DNA from: a virus
Length of the DNA stretch: 64,000 bases
Strand: one strand, 5' to 3'
Virus record (IMG/VR): IMGVR_UViG_3300018018_000001
Span: 96,001 to 160,000 of that record
Shown: piece after piece, positions 20,588-30,116 of the stretch
Numbering within the stretch: position 1 is the first letter of the stretch
Layout: each line of letters opens with the position of its first letter
Made by a program: the position numbers and the translations under genes
The notes under the pieces: model-generated
What the model was told of the DNA's origin: nothing
Databases searched by the model: none
Seen by the model: the letters and a program-made list of their open reading frames with translations, nothing else

Positions 20588-20615
20588 TAAACTTTTTCTA
20601 AACTCCAGCCGATAA
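20588..20615 (+). promoter_or_regulatory. sigma28-like promoter P1
   Basis: TAAA-N16-GCCGATAA upstream of ORF 20662. Confidence 0.8.
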
Positions 20616-20872
20616 GATTATCAAAGACTTTAACTAAATGTTATCCAAAGGAGAATAACTTATGGAAAAGAATAAGAAAATGTATGAAATTCCATGCCTT
20701 AGGTGCCAAAAAGACTTTAAATATTCAGAAGATGAGATTCCAATTCCCCACCTCTGTGAAGTATGCACCAAGTTTTTTAAGGACTTTAACAGCCAATTGA
20801 ATAAAAAGATTCATAAGATTATTCCCAAGAAAGTGACGGAAAATGTCACTCCAAAAGAGGATAAAAAATAAC

Positions 20873-20900
20873 TAAACTTTTTCTATCCTCCTGCCGATAA
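20873..20900 (+). promoter_or_regulatory. sigma28-like promoter P2
   Basis: TAAA-N16-GCCGATAA upstream of ORF 20926. Confidence 0.8.
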
Positions 20901-21164
20901 GATAATTAGAGGCAAGGAGGGAAAGGTGAAAAAATTTTTTATAATTCTCTTGATATTAGGATTTATTGCAAATTGGGTGTATAATCATGATTGGCATATA
21001 AGTCCTGAAAAAATTCACTATGTTGTAGTAAAAGACCAATTCACAGGAGAAGCATACTTATTAAATACGAAAACTGGAAGAGAGTATAAATTACCTAATG
21101 AAATTTATTCTGTAGACGATCTTATAGGGAATGCAATAACAAAATTTAAAATGGAAAGAACAAA

Positions 21165-21887
21165 ATGATTTGTGAATATGGCTGTGGTCAGGAAGGTGTA
21201 TATCAACTTAAGAATGGTAAATGGTGCTGTAACCTTAGCCAAAATTCCTGCCCAGAAATAATAAAGAAATTAAGTAGAGCAGCAGAAGGAAGAAAACACT
21301 CTGTAGACACGTTAAGAAAAATGGGTGATTCCCATAGAGGAATAAAAAGACCTGATCACTCCGCTTTAATGAAACAGAAAATGTTGGGTGAAAATAACCC
21401 AAATTTTGGAAAAACAGGTAATAAAAGCCCAAGATTTGGTAAACCCGGTTATTGGAAAGGTAAAAAGAGACCGGATCTTTCTGGTGAAAATAATCCTTGG
21501 TTTGAAATAAAAAGACCTGATATTGCTGAAATAATGAAACAAAGAATTGGTGATAAACATCCTTTATTTGGTAAGACAGGAGAGCTTAGTCCAGGATGGA
21601 AAGGTGGAATTTCTAAAGATCCATACCCTATAGAGTTTAAAAGAATAAGAGGATATATCAGGGAAAAGTTTAATTATGAGTGTGTTCTATGTGGAATAAC
21701 TGAGGATAAAATTGGAAGGAAACATTCTTGTCATCATGTTGATTATGATAAGAGTAATATTTCTGAAGAAAACCTTACTTTATTATGCCAGGGGGATAAT
21801 GCTAGAGTAAATACTGATAGAGGCTTTTGGGAAACCCAATTCAAGATACTTAATGGGGTATTTGATCCTAAATTTTTAGGGCTATAA
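21165..21887 (+). CDS. HNH homing endonuclease with NUMOD3-like repeats (paralog 1 of 4)
   Basis: CEYGCG, GE-NP-FG repeats, CVLCG...HHVDYDKSN...NLTLLC. Confidence 0.8.
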   Translation: MICEYGCGQEGVYQLKNGKWCCNLSQNSCPEIIKKLSRAAEGRKHSVDTLRKMGDSHRGIKRPDHSALMKQKMLGENNPNFGKTGNKSPRFGKPGYWKGKKRPDLSGENNPWFEIKRPDIAEIMKQRIGDKHPLFGKTGELSPGWKGGISKDPYPIEFKRIRGYIREKFNYECVLCGITEDKIGRKHSCHHVDYDKSNISEENLTLLCQGDNARVNTDRGFWETQFKILNGVFDPKFLGL

Positions 21888-21899
21888 AAGGGGGGTAAG

Positions 21900-22091
21900 G
21901 TGCTTATAAACCAGAAAAAAGTAAAAGCCTACATTAAGGAACTGAACCCAGATACCCAAGTAGCCACTGACATTTGGCCTACAATCAATGAACAGGTTAA
22001 GACCCTTATCAGGTTAGCCCTGAAGCGTAATGGGACCCACAAGAGGCTTACTACAGGGGAATTTGCGATTCTGGACCCATTAAAGTATTAG
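21900..22091 (+). CDS. Putative single histone-fold protein
   Basis: 63 aa; L-x3-KVK-x-YIKE (alpha1), long amphipathic helix, HKRLTTGEF aligning with the RKTVxxxDI loop/alpha3 of prokaryotic histones; by-eye alignment only. Confidence 0.5.
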   Translation: MLINQKKVKAYIKELNPDTQVATDIWPTINEQVKTLIRLALKRNGTHKRLTTGEFAILDPLKY

Positions 22092-22612
22092 GAGGATAAA
22101 ATGATAATCCCGGAATATTTCTATTATCGTGCATTGAATAATGGAGAGGTTCATGTCTTTTACAAAGAGACAAGAATCTTTATCATGAAGAAGAAATGGA
22201 TAAAGGATGGATCAGGATTTACTATGGACTACTGGACTTGCAAATCCACCCTGTCCTATGTCCCTTCATTTAAAGAACCGGATTTTGATAAGGCTAAAGC
22301 AATGATTATGAAAGAACTGGAAAAATTCCTTAACCTATTTTCGGAGGATAAATAATCATGAGATTAAAAAACCATTTCGAGAAAATGTTTGACGGTATTT
22401 ATTTAAGCTATAAATCCATATCCATAACCGATGATGGTAGACTGATTATGAAGACTGTCGGTTGCGGATGCTGCTCTGATGTGGAACCAGTGGATACGGA
22501 TAACCTCCTGAAGGCGATTACTGAAACTGAGCACTACCTGAACCATCTTAAGGAATTAAAAAACAGGATTAAGAAAAATGCCCCTCTTCCGAAATTAAAG
22601 GAGAAATATAGT

Positions 22613-22640
22613 TAAACTTTTTATATGTTCCCGCCGATAA
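22613..22640 (+). promoter_or_regulatory. sigma28-like promoter P3
   Basis: TAAA-N16-GCCGATAA upstream of ATG 22663. Confidence 0.8.
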
Positions 22641-22931
22641 GATAATTAAAGGGAGGAATATTATGAACTTAGTAGAATTCTTTGACCCAAGAAACCTGGA
22701 CCATATTAAGGCTTACAAACATCTTTGTGATAAAGGAAAATATGGAAAGAACAAAAGGAATAAAACATAAATGGAAAAAAGAAAGAAAAATAACTAATGA
22801 AATGATTTTAAAAATCACGGAGTTAAGAAAGAATGGTAAAAAATTAAAAGAAATAAAAAATGAAACAGGAATAAATACCTGTACTATCAGCTTAATTTGC
22901 AATAAAAAATATAGATTTAGTTAAAAAAGAC

Positions 22932-22959
22932 TAAACTATTTCTATATCCTTGCCGAAGA
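22932..22959 (+). promoter_or_regulatory. sigma28-like promoter P4
   Basis: TAAA-N16-GCCGAAGA upstream of the AAA ATPase. Confidence 0.7.
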
Positions 22960-23001
22960 GATATATAAAGAGGCACTAAAAACGCAAGGAGGAAAAGGAA
23001 A

Positions 23002-24477
23002 ATGGCTTCAAAATTCAATCAATATCTTAAAGCGGGGTATCCGGCCATTTGGATTGAAACTCATGAAGAATTCAGGGCTATTGCCACCCTAGCTTTTGAG
23101 TCAAATGGATATTCGGTTTTCTCATGGGATGTAGTCACTGGCCAACGGGACCATGCCACTGATAAGTATACAAAGGAATCCCCTGAAACCCCGATGAAAG
23201 AGATTGGCCGAATTCTCCAGATGAAACCCGGTAGTGTAGTATTTCTTAAGGATTTTCCCAAGTTTTTTAACAATATTGAAGTCCTTCGTTCAATTAAAAA
23301 TCTCATTTCTGAGATTAAAGCTGATGACAGGCATATTATTTTTATCAGTCCTGCGGTAAATATCCCCATTGAATTGGAAAAGGATGTAACCGTATTGCCC
23401 TTTACCCTTCCTACCGTTGATGAATTGGTCCAGGTAGCGGAGAAGATAGTAAAAGATAACAAGTTTGATTCAGATAAATTTGATAAGAATAATAAACTGA
23501 TTTCTAAAAAAGTAGAAGTGGACCGTAAAACCATTTCAGTGGCCAAAGGGTTAACCCTACAAGAGGCCGAAAATGCAATGGCCAGATCCATAGTGGAAGA
23601 AAAGGGATTTTCCCGAAAGATCCTGGAAGAAGAAAAACTCCAGTGCATTAAGAAGTCAGGCATGATGGAACTCTTTGAACCCATGCCCGAAGCCGAATTG
23701 GTTATGGATGGATTGAAAATGTATATCCATAGGAGAGTCAAGGGTTTTGAGCCTGATTCTACTATGCCCACTCCTAAGGGAATTCTCTTGGTGGGTATTC
23801 CAGGTGGTGGGAAGTCATTGGCCTCTAAGGTTATCGCCAGTGTTCTGGGTTGCCCTCTGGTTCGTGTAGACATTGGGGCCTTAAAGGGTAGCAAGGTGGG
23901 GGAATCCGAAGCCCGTATGAGACAGTGTTTAGCCCAAATTGATGCCTTAGGATTCTGTGTAGTGTGGATGGATGAGATTGAAAAAGTCCTGAGCGGTGTT
24001 CAATCCAGTGGCCAATCGGATGCAGGGACAACCTCTACCATGTTTGGAACCCTGTTAACCTGGATGCAAGAATCAAAATTCCCCCATTACATTGTGGCCA
24101 CCTGTAATGAAATTCAAGACTTACTGGCCATTTCCCAAGGTGCCTTGTTAAGACGGTTTGATGATATCTTTTTTGTAGATCTTCCTTCTAAAGAAGAACG
24201 TGAAGAAATTATTAAGATTATGAATAAGAGATACAGCACTAAATTAAATGGAAATTTAGCGGAAAGAACTCAGGGATGGACTGGAGCAGAAATTGAAAAA
24301 TATGTTATAGCCAGTATTTATGATGGAGAAGAAGAAGCTTTCAATAATGTCCATCCAATTAGTGAACAGAACAAAGAGATCATTGAAAATGCCCGGAAAT
24401 GGTCTTTACAAAATGCACGTATCGCTAATTCAAGAAAAGTGGAAATTAAACCTGAAGGAAGAAAGATTAGAGTGTAG
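23002..24477 (+). CDS. Ycf46-like AAA+ ATPase
   Basis: N-terminal inactive AAA-like domain (YPAIWIETHEE, FLKDF, IPIELEKD), Walker A GIPGGGKS, Walker B WMDEIEK, RRFDDIFFVDLP. Confidence 0.85.
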   Translation: MASKFNQYLKAGYPAIWIETHEEFRAIATLAFESNGYSVFSWDVVTGQRDHATDKYTKESPETPMKEIGRILQMKPGSVVFLKDFPKFFNNIEVLRSIKNLISEIKADDRHIIFISPAVNIPIELEKDVTVLPFTLPTVDELVQVAEKIVKDNKFDSDKFDKNNKLISKKVEVDRKTISVAKGLTLQEAENAMARSIVEEKGFSRKILEEEKLQCIKKSGMMELFEPMPEAELVMDGLKMYIHRRVKGFEPDSTMPTPKGILLVGIPGGGKSLASKVIASVLGCPLVRVDIGALKGSKVGESEARMRQCLAQIDALGFCVVWMDEIEKVLSGVQSSGQSDAGTTSTMFGTLLTWMQESKFPHYIVATCNEIQDLLAISQGALLRRFDDIFFVDLPSKEEREEIIKIMNKRYSTKLNGNLAERTQGWTGAEIEKYVIASIYDGEEEAFNNVHPISEQNKEIIENARKWSLQNARIANSRKVEIKPEGRKIRV

Positions 24478-24486
24478 AGAATTAAT

Positions 24487-25116
24487 ATGATTATTTCTAA
24501 ACTTTGTGAATGTAATTGTGGCCAATATGCTAAACCTGGAAATAGATTTATTCTTGGTCATAATACAAAAGGGAAAAAGAATCTTACTCTCTCTGAAAGA
24601 AATAAGAAACGAAATATGAAGGGTGAGAATAACCCTATGTTTGGAAATAAAAATCCAATTCGTTCCGAAATGAATAAACAAAATGTGGGTGAAAAGAATC
24701 CTTGTTTTAAGAGAAAACATACTGAAGATGAATTAAGAAATCTTAGTAAGCTTAATAAAGGTAAAAAGAGACCTTATGTTTCCGAAAGAAATAAAAAATT
24801 GGTAGGTAACAAGAATCCAATATTTGGTAAGAAGGGTGAACTTAGTCCAAATTGGAAAGGAGGAATCTCTTTTGAACTTTATGGTCTTGGATTTAATAAA
24901 GAGTTAAAGAAATATATTAGAGAGAAATTTAATCATACTTGTGTTCTTTGCGGTGAGTTTGCAAAGATCCCCCATCATATAGATTATAATAAGAGGAATA
25001 ATCAGGAAGATAATTTTGTCCTTTTATGTAATTCATGTAATTCCAAAGTTAATAAGAATAGAATCCAATGGGAAATTTATTTTAGATCATATATTCTAAG
25101 ATTAAAGGAGGAATAA
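24487..25116 (+). CDS. HNH homing endonuclease with NUMOD3-like repeats (paralog 2)
   Basis: CECNCG, NPMFG repeats, CVLCG...HHIDYNK...LCNSCN. Confidence 0.8.
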   Translation: MIISKLCECNCGQYAKPGNRFILGHNTKGKKNLTLSERNKKRNMKGENNPMFGNKNPIRSEMNKQNVGEKNPCFKRKHTEDELRNLSKLNKGKKRPYVSERNKKLVGNKNPIFGKKGELSPNWKGGISFELYGLGFNKELKKYIREKFNHTCVLCGEFAKIPHHIDYNKRNNQEDNFVLLCNSCNSKVNKNRIQWEIYFRSYILRLKEE

Positions 25117-25117
25117 A

Positions 25118-25880
25118 ATGCCAAGGGAAGTATTAAGAGATGAAGTAGAACATGTGGAATTAGAGGTAAGTCAACTGGAGAAAGAGCGGAAAGAACTCAA
25201 TGCCGAAGCTGAATTTGAACTTGAGGTTGATTCCTTGACTTTTGAAATAGCGTGGTCCACAAATTTACCTTATGAAGAAGCCAGAAAACAGGCTCTTAAA
25301 AAATTAATGAGTAAGGGGGTTTAAGAGGAAGTAACATGGAGGCAATATATATTTATGTAAGTACGTTGTTCTTTATTTTTGCCGGATTCGTGGTTAAGTG
25401 GTCTGCAGGATGGGGGAATACGTTTGTAAGGTTTATCGCAATCCTGCTGGCTATCTCAGGGATAGTCTTATCCTTGGCTAAACTGGGGTTTATGCTTCCC
25501 CCTCTGATACATCCATAAGGAGAAAAATCACTATGAAATTTGCAAGTCCAGAACAATACCTTACCGCAGGATGCCTTTTCTTGGTGGGAGAAAAAAAGAA
25601 CCAAACAATATTCAATGGTCTTCATGAAAATACAAATGGAAGTATCTGTGAGACTGGTTGCGCCTACATTGATAAATGCCAGGCTTATAGGATTCTTTCC
25701 TCAAGGCTCACTGAAACCCCTGAGGAAAAGAAAATACCCATGCCTACCAATGCCCAGATAGCCGCTAAGCTGGGGGTAACAAAAAGGCAGGTGTCCAAGA
25801 TGAGAATCAAAGGAACTCTTAAGGCTGAAATCCTTAAGAGGGGTTTGGAAAACGAATTTAGTAATCTATCACTGATTTAG
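25118..25880 (+). other. Hypothetical proteins 25118-25324, 25336-25518 (2 TM) and 25533-25880 (C-terminal HTH)
   Basis: TNAQIAAKLGVTKRQVSKM is a helix-turn-helix signature. Confidence 0.6.
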
Positions 25881-26010
25881 TGGATTCTCAGGAATACCTA
25901 GAAGGTGAGAAAACGGGATGGGAACCGGAGACCCAGAATAACTACTCGAAGGGCTGATTCCCGTATCTGTAGGTCCTTTATCCCTGTGATTTCCTATTAG
26001 AGGGTAGAAT

Positions 26011-26091
26011 GATAAGGTAGCCCAGTGGGGAAGGGCAGCAGACTGTAAATTTGTGGCTTCGGCTGTGTAGGTTCAAATCCTACCCTTATCA
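26011..26091 (+). tRNA. trnY: tRNA-Tyr(GTA), no encoded CCA
   Basis: Acceptor GATAAGG/CCTTATC + A73, D stem GCCC/GGGC, anticodon loop CTGTAAA, long variable arm GGCTTCGGCT, T arm GTAGG-TTCAAAT-CCTAC. Confidence 0.9.
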
Positions 26092-26138
26092 TTCTGCTCT
26101 TTATTTAATGACATTTTATGTCACCATTAAAAAATAAC

Positions 26139-26165
26139 TAAACTTTTTCCAGGAATAGCCGATAA
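26139..26165 (+). promoter_or_regulatory. sigma28-like promoter P5
   Basis: TAAA-N15-GCCGATAA; palindrome TGACATTTTATGTCA at 26109-26123. Confidence 0.8.
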
Positions 26166-26203
26166 GATATTTAGAGGCAAGAAAATAACAAGGAGGTAAG
26201 AGA

Positions 26204-26353
26204 GTGAAGATTGTTAAACCCATCGGATACTTTGAGGACCATCGGCAGAAGAAGTTATTTCTGTTAGACAAAGCCACTTTAACCTTGACTCAGGTTCAGG
26301 AAACCATGTTTAAAAAGTGGAAGGCCATAATTGAGCAAAGGATGGAAAGGTAG
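26204..26353 (+). CDS. 49-aa hypothetical protein (not in the ORF track)
   Basis: AGGAGG RBS, GTG start, first ORF after P5. Confidence 0.55.
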   Translation: MKIVKPIGYFEDHRQKKLFLLDKATLTLTQVQETMFKKWKAIIEQRMER

Positions 26354-26870
26354 GAATTTGAAAGAGATTCCTCTAATCCCATTAGTCCCTGAAATGGGCA
26401 ACCAAAAAGCGATTGTTGACGATGAGGATTATGATCGTCTTATAAAATACAAGTGGTATTTGAATGCTCAGGGATACGCAGTCCGGTATATTGAGAAGGA
26501 TGGGAAGCGGGTCTACATCCGTATGCACAGGGAAATCTTTAATACCCCTGAAGGTTTGGATACTGACCATAAAGAGAGGAATAATAGGACAGACAACAGG
26601 AAGGAAAATCTGAGGTCATGTACCCGTGGGGATAATTCAAAAAATTCTAACCCTTGGAGTACTGACAGTAAATTTTGCTCTATTTATAAGGGAGTTACCT
26701 GGCATAATAGGAAAAAACATCCTTGGGTAGCAAGGATTAGGGTTAATAGGAAATATATTCATCTTGGGGTATTCAAAACAGAGATTGAGGCTGCTTTAGC
26801 CTATAATGAGGCAGCCAGGAAGTATTTTAAAGAGTTTGCCTACCAAAATGACATAAAATGTCAACCTTAA
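26331..26870 (+). CDS. HNH + AP2 domain homing endonuclease
   Basis: MHREI...TDHKERNNRTDNRKENLR; AP2 signature YKGVTW...WVARI...HLGVF...AALAYNEAA. Confidence 0.9.
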   Translation: MSKGWKGRNLKEIPLIPLVPEMGNQKAIVDDEDYDRLIKYKWYLNAQGYAVRYIEKDGKRVYIRMHREIFNTPEGLDTDHKERNNRTDNRKENLRSCTRGDNSKNSNPWSTDSKFCSIYKGVTWHNRKKHPWVARIRVNRKYIHLGVFKTEIEAALAYNEAARKYFKEFAYQNDIKCQP

Positions 26871-26877
26871 AAATAAC

Positions 26878-26904
26878 TAAACTTTTTCTAACTTCTGTCG
26901 ATAA
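26878..26904 (+). promoter_or_regulatory. sigma28-like promoter P6
   Basis: TAAA-N15-GTCGATAA; palindrome TGACATAAAATGTCA at 26849-26863. Confidence 0.75.
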
Positions 26905-26949
26905 GATCTATAGAAGTAAGCAAAATAAAAGACAAAGGAGGGTACTACA

Positions 26950-27312
26950 ATTTCTCATACAATGAACATCAGAACTGAGATAAGGGACCGGATAGCTCTT
27001 GAAGCTGCCTGTAAGGAATTGGGCATCAAGATCCTTGAAGGTAATAGCCACCATCTTTATGGTGGAACTGAATATGGAATTGGCCTTAAAATCCCTGGCT
27101 GGAATTACCCGGTAGTAGTCAAGGATAATGGGACCTTGGCCTTTGACGATTATAAAGGGTCTTGGGGTAACAAGCAGGACCTTACCAAACTTATGGCCTA
27201 TTATGGCCTTGAGAAGTCTAAGGCTGAAGCTGAGGATCAGGGTTACACAGTAGAGGAAAGTTATAATTCCCAAACTCAAGAATTAGAACTTGAAATCACA
27301 GTGGAGGAATAA
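26950..27312 (+). CDS. DUF1257 (Ycf35)-like protein, probable AUU start
   Basis: SH-x3-I-x-TEI-x-D...L..A...LG pattern; Y.LEK.KAEAE..GY; AGGAGG lies 8 nt before ATT-TCT-CAT. Confidence 0.7.
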   Translation: MSHTMNIRTEIRDRIALEAACKELGIKILEGNSHHLYGGTEYGIGLKIPGWNYPVVVKDNGTLAFDDYKGSWGNKQDLTKLMAYYGLEKSKAEAEDQGYTVEESYNSQTQELELEITVEE

Positions 27313-27314
27313 TC

Positions 27315-27521
27315 ATGTCTAAAAAAATCAAAATGAGATTTGATCTGAGAACGGGAGAAATAAAGGTGGAAGCAGAAGGATTTATAGGCCCTTCTTGCCA
27401 AAAGGCCACTGAATTTCTTAAAAATACCCTTGGGGAAGTAACCGATTTTACCCAAAAATCGGAATGGTTCGAAGAAAACCTTCAGTTATCTGGCTGTATT
27501 GATACTGATCTTTGTGGGTAA
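27315..27521 (+). CDS. DUF2997-like protein
   Basis: GEIKVEAEGFIGPSC...T..L...LG...K.E motif. Confidence 0.8.
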   Translation: MSKKIKMRFDLRTGEIKVEAEGFIGPSCQKATEFLKNTLGEVTDFTQKSEWFEENLQLSGCIDTDLCG

Positions 27522-27524
27522 GAT

Positions 27525-28148
27525 ATGAATATTTGTGATCATGGTTGCGGACAAGAAGCTAAGTATTATTCTCAACAAACTAAAAAATGGCGTTGTAGTA
27601 AATGGCCTAGCTCTTGCCCAGAACTTAGAAGAAAAGATAGTGAGTCCCATAAAAAGCCTAAACCAGATCTTAAATTATGTGAATGTGGCTGTGGGAATTT
27701 TGCTAAGCCGGGTAAGAGATTTATACATTGGCATCATACAAGAGGAAAGAAAAGACTTGACTTGGCTGGCAAAAAAAGACCAGATCATTCTATCAAAATG
27801 ACAGGTGAAGGAAATCCAAGGTTTGGCCAACCTGGTTATTGGAGAGATAAAAATAGGCCAGAATTTTCTGGTGAAAATCATCCTAATTGGCAAGGTGGCG
27901 TCTCTTTTGAACCTTATTCTCCTAAATTTAATAAACAATTTAAGACTATAATAAGAGAAAGAGATAATTACACTTGTCAACTATGTGGAGAATATGGAAA
28001 CTTTGTTCACCACATAGATTACAACAAGGAAAATACCAATCCTAATAATGCATTAACTTTATGCAATCCCGATAATTCTAAGGTAAATTTCAATAGGGAC
28101 CAGTGGGAAACTTATTTTAGGCTTTATTTATTGATAAAAAAGAACTAA
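27525..28148 (+). CDS. HNH homing endonuclease with NUMOD3-like repeats (paralog 3)
   Basis: CDHGCG, CECGCG, GGVSFEPY, CQLCG...HHIDYNK. Confidence 0.8.
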   Translation: MNICDHGCGQEAKYYSQQTKKWRCSKWPSSCPELRRKDSESHKKPKPDLKLCECGCGNFAKPGKRFIHWHHTRGKKRLDLAGKKRPDHSIKMTGEGNPRFGQPGYWRDKNRPEFSGENHPNWQGGVSFEPYSPKFNKQFKTIIRERDNYTCQLCGEYGNFVHHIDYNKENTNPNNALTLCNPDNSKVNFNRDQWETYFRLYLLIKKN

Positions 28149-28172
28149 AGTTTTTTAAAAAACTGACGATAA
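28146..28172 (+). promoter_or_regulatory. sigma28-like promoter P7
   Basis: TAAAGTTT-N11-GACGATAA upstream of ORF 28200. Confidence 0.75.
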
Positions 28173-28199
28173 GATATATAAACAAAAGGAGGAAACAAA

Positions 28200-29060
28200 A
28201 TGGAAACTAACATGCAGGAAAGGGTACTTGTTGTAAGACTACATATTAGTAGATGGTGTCCCTGGGGTTACGATCAAAAAAAGGCTGCAGAGGTAGCTAC
28301 CCAAGAGGGTTCCAAGAAGGAAGATACCCATGTTACCAAGCGGAAAATCAGCAAAGATGCCCTGAAGGATATCAATGATTTGCTGAATCAGGCTTATACC
28401 TATCATATCAGTGTCACGATGCCCTCAGGTGCTGATGGAGATCGGCTGATTACTACCGACCTCTACACCGAATATTGCACCAAGATGAATGAGTTTGAAA
28501 CCAAGATACCGGCAGCTTTGGATAAATTCCTTTCTGAATATCCCACGTGGAAAGAAGAAGCCAGGACCCGCCTCCAGGGATTATTCAAGGAAACCGATTA
28601 TCCCTCAGTGGAAGAAGTCAAGAAGAAATTTTCTATCCGCTATTCTTTCCTGCCTCTCCCCTCAGTCAATAACATTGTGGTCAAGTTAGTCAACGGGGAT
28701 TTGGCCAACGTCCGTAAGAACGTGGAAGAGGAAATGTCTAAGATGTCCGAAATCGCCATGAAAAGCCTGTGGGACAAAACCTATGATGCAGTGGCTCACA
28801 TGGCAGAGATCCTTGGTTCTGATGCCCGTTTACACAAGTCCATGCTGGACAACATGAATGGTCTTTGTAATGTCCTGAAGTCCCTGAATTTCACCAACAA
28901 CCCTGAATTGGAAGAGATGAGGTTAAAGATTTCAGTCCGTTTGGTTGGCCTTGACCCCAATGACCTTCGTAAATCCAGGAGTGTTAGAGAGGAGGTGGCC
29001 CGGGAAGCCAAGTCAATAGCTTTGGAAATATCACAGAAACGTATGATTCGCCTTGAGTAG
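28200..29060 (+). CDS. DUF3150-like helical phage protein
   Basis: LVVRLHISRW N-terminus, F..EYP....EA..RL..LF..DYP, NFTNNPELE; family assignment from memory. Confidence 0.55.
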   Translation: METNMQERVLVVRLHISRWCPWGYDQKKAAEVATQEGSKKEDTHVTKRKISKDALKDINDLLNQAYTYHISVTMPSGADGDRLITTDLYTEYCTKMNEFETKIPAALDKFLSEYPTWKEEARTRLQGLFKETDYPSVEEVKKKFSIRYSFLPLPSVNNIVVKLVNGDLANVRKNVEEEMSKMSEIAMKSLWDKTYDAVAHMAEILGSDARLHKSMLDNMNGLCNVLKSLNFTNNPELEEMRLKISVRLVGLDPNDLRKSRSVREEVAREAKSIALEISQKRMIRLE

Positions 29061-29870
29061 TTTACTGAGTATGGGGAGGGGCCTCCAGAGGTCTCTCAAG
29101 AGGGTATCCCCTTCAGTACCAAAGGATTTGCCCCTCCCCATTTTTTTAGACCAATTTAAAGATGCATTCGATAGGGAGGAACACCTTGTTTCGGCTATTA
29201 AGCAATACCTCAGGACAGAAGAACAGAGGAAATGGCTTTATGATCATGATCTTTCAATTGAGGATTGTTTGAATGGAAGGTATCCTGGGGATCTTGAAGA
29301 AGAAGTGGCTGAGGTTTTATATAAACCCTGGAATGAGATTTTAGGATTTCGTGAGTTTGGATCTTAACAATGTTTTCTTATATTTTTTATATATCTCTTG
29401 GAATAATTCTTATACTGGGAGTAATAGTTATTCCGATTTATGTGAATTTGTCTGAGTCTATTAAAGAAGAGTTAGAAAAGTTAGTTAAAACATCAGAGAG
29501 GATTAAAAATATTCCAAAAGAGGTTACAAAAAATCCAAAGATAGATCGTAAGATCAGATTGGACTAAAAAGGAGAATGAAATGGCAAAGAGACCCACTTT
29601 GAAAGACAAAATTGAGGAAGTCAAGAAACTGAAGGAAATGAAACCTCATGTGCTCAGGCAGAGTATATTTGGGGATGACCATCATGCCGCTATTGACGCC
29701 CAGATTGAAGTCATAGATGAATACATGGGACAGGATGACATTGAAGATAGATTCAGTGGTGAGCCAGAAAATGTTTACACAGCGGCTATGGATGCAGCCA
29801 TATGGTTAGAGGGGGAAGAGATAGACGATTTTACAACCCCATCCGAATCCTGGAAAGAACTGGTGAGGAT

Positions 29871-30116
29871 ATGATAACAAATGCATTTCGACTTCAACCG
29901 CAAGAAACACCAGGAGGGATTGAAGATGTTATTATATTTATTATCATGTGGTTTATTTTTGTTGCAATATATCTTCTCCCGACCATTGTTTCTGTCATAA
30001 GAAAACACAGGAACATGACCGCTATCTTTATCCTGAATGTCTTACTTGGTTGGACATTCTTTGGGTGGGTAGTTGCTCTTATTTGGTCAGTATTTAAAGA
30101 AAAACCAAAAGATTAA
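29871..30116 (+). CDS. Superinfection immunity protein (T4 Imm-like)
   Basis: YLLPTIV...RKH.N..AIFILNVLLGWTFFGWVVALIWS. Confidence 0.9.
   Translation: MITNAFRLQPQETPGGIEDVIIFIIMWFIFVAIYLLPTIVSVIRKHRNMTAIFILNVLLGWTFFGWVVALIWSVFKEKPKD

Larger units (their letters stand above)
20662..22924 (+). other. Small early-type hypothetical proteins (20662-20871 CxxC; 20926-21168 TM; 22101-22355; 22358-22615; 22663-22770; 22742-22924 HTH-like)
   Basis: Short ORFs with strong GGAGG-type RBS behind P1-P3. Confidence 0.6.

Noticed and set aside
23061-23894. 277-aa antisense ORF
   Set aside because: Shadow of the AAA ATPase; Ser/Ile/Phe-rich, no motifs, no RBS or promoter.
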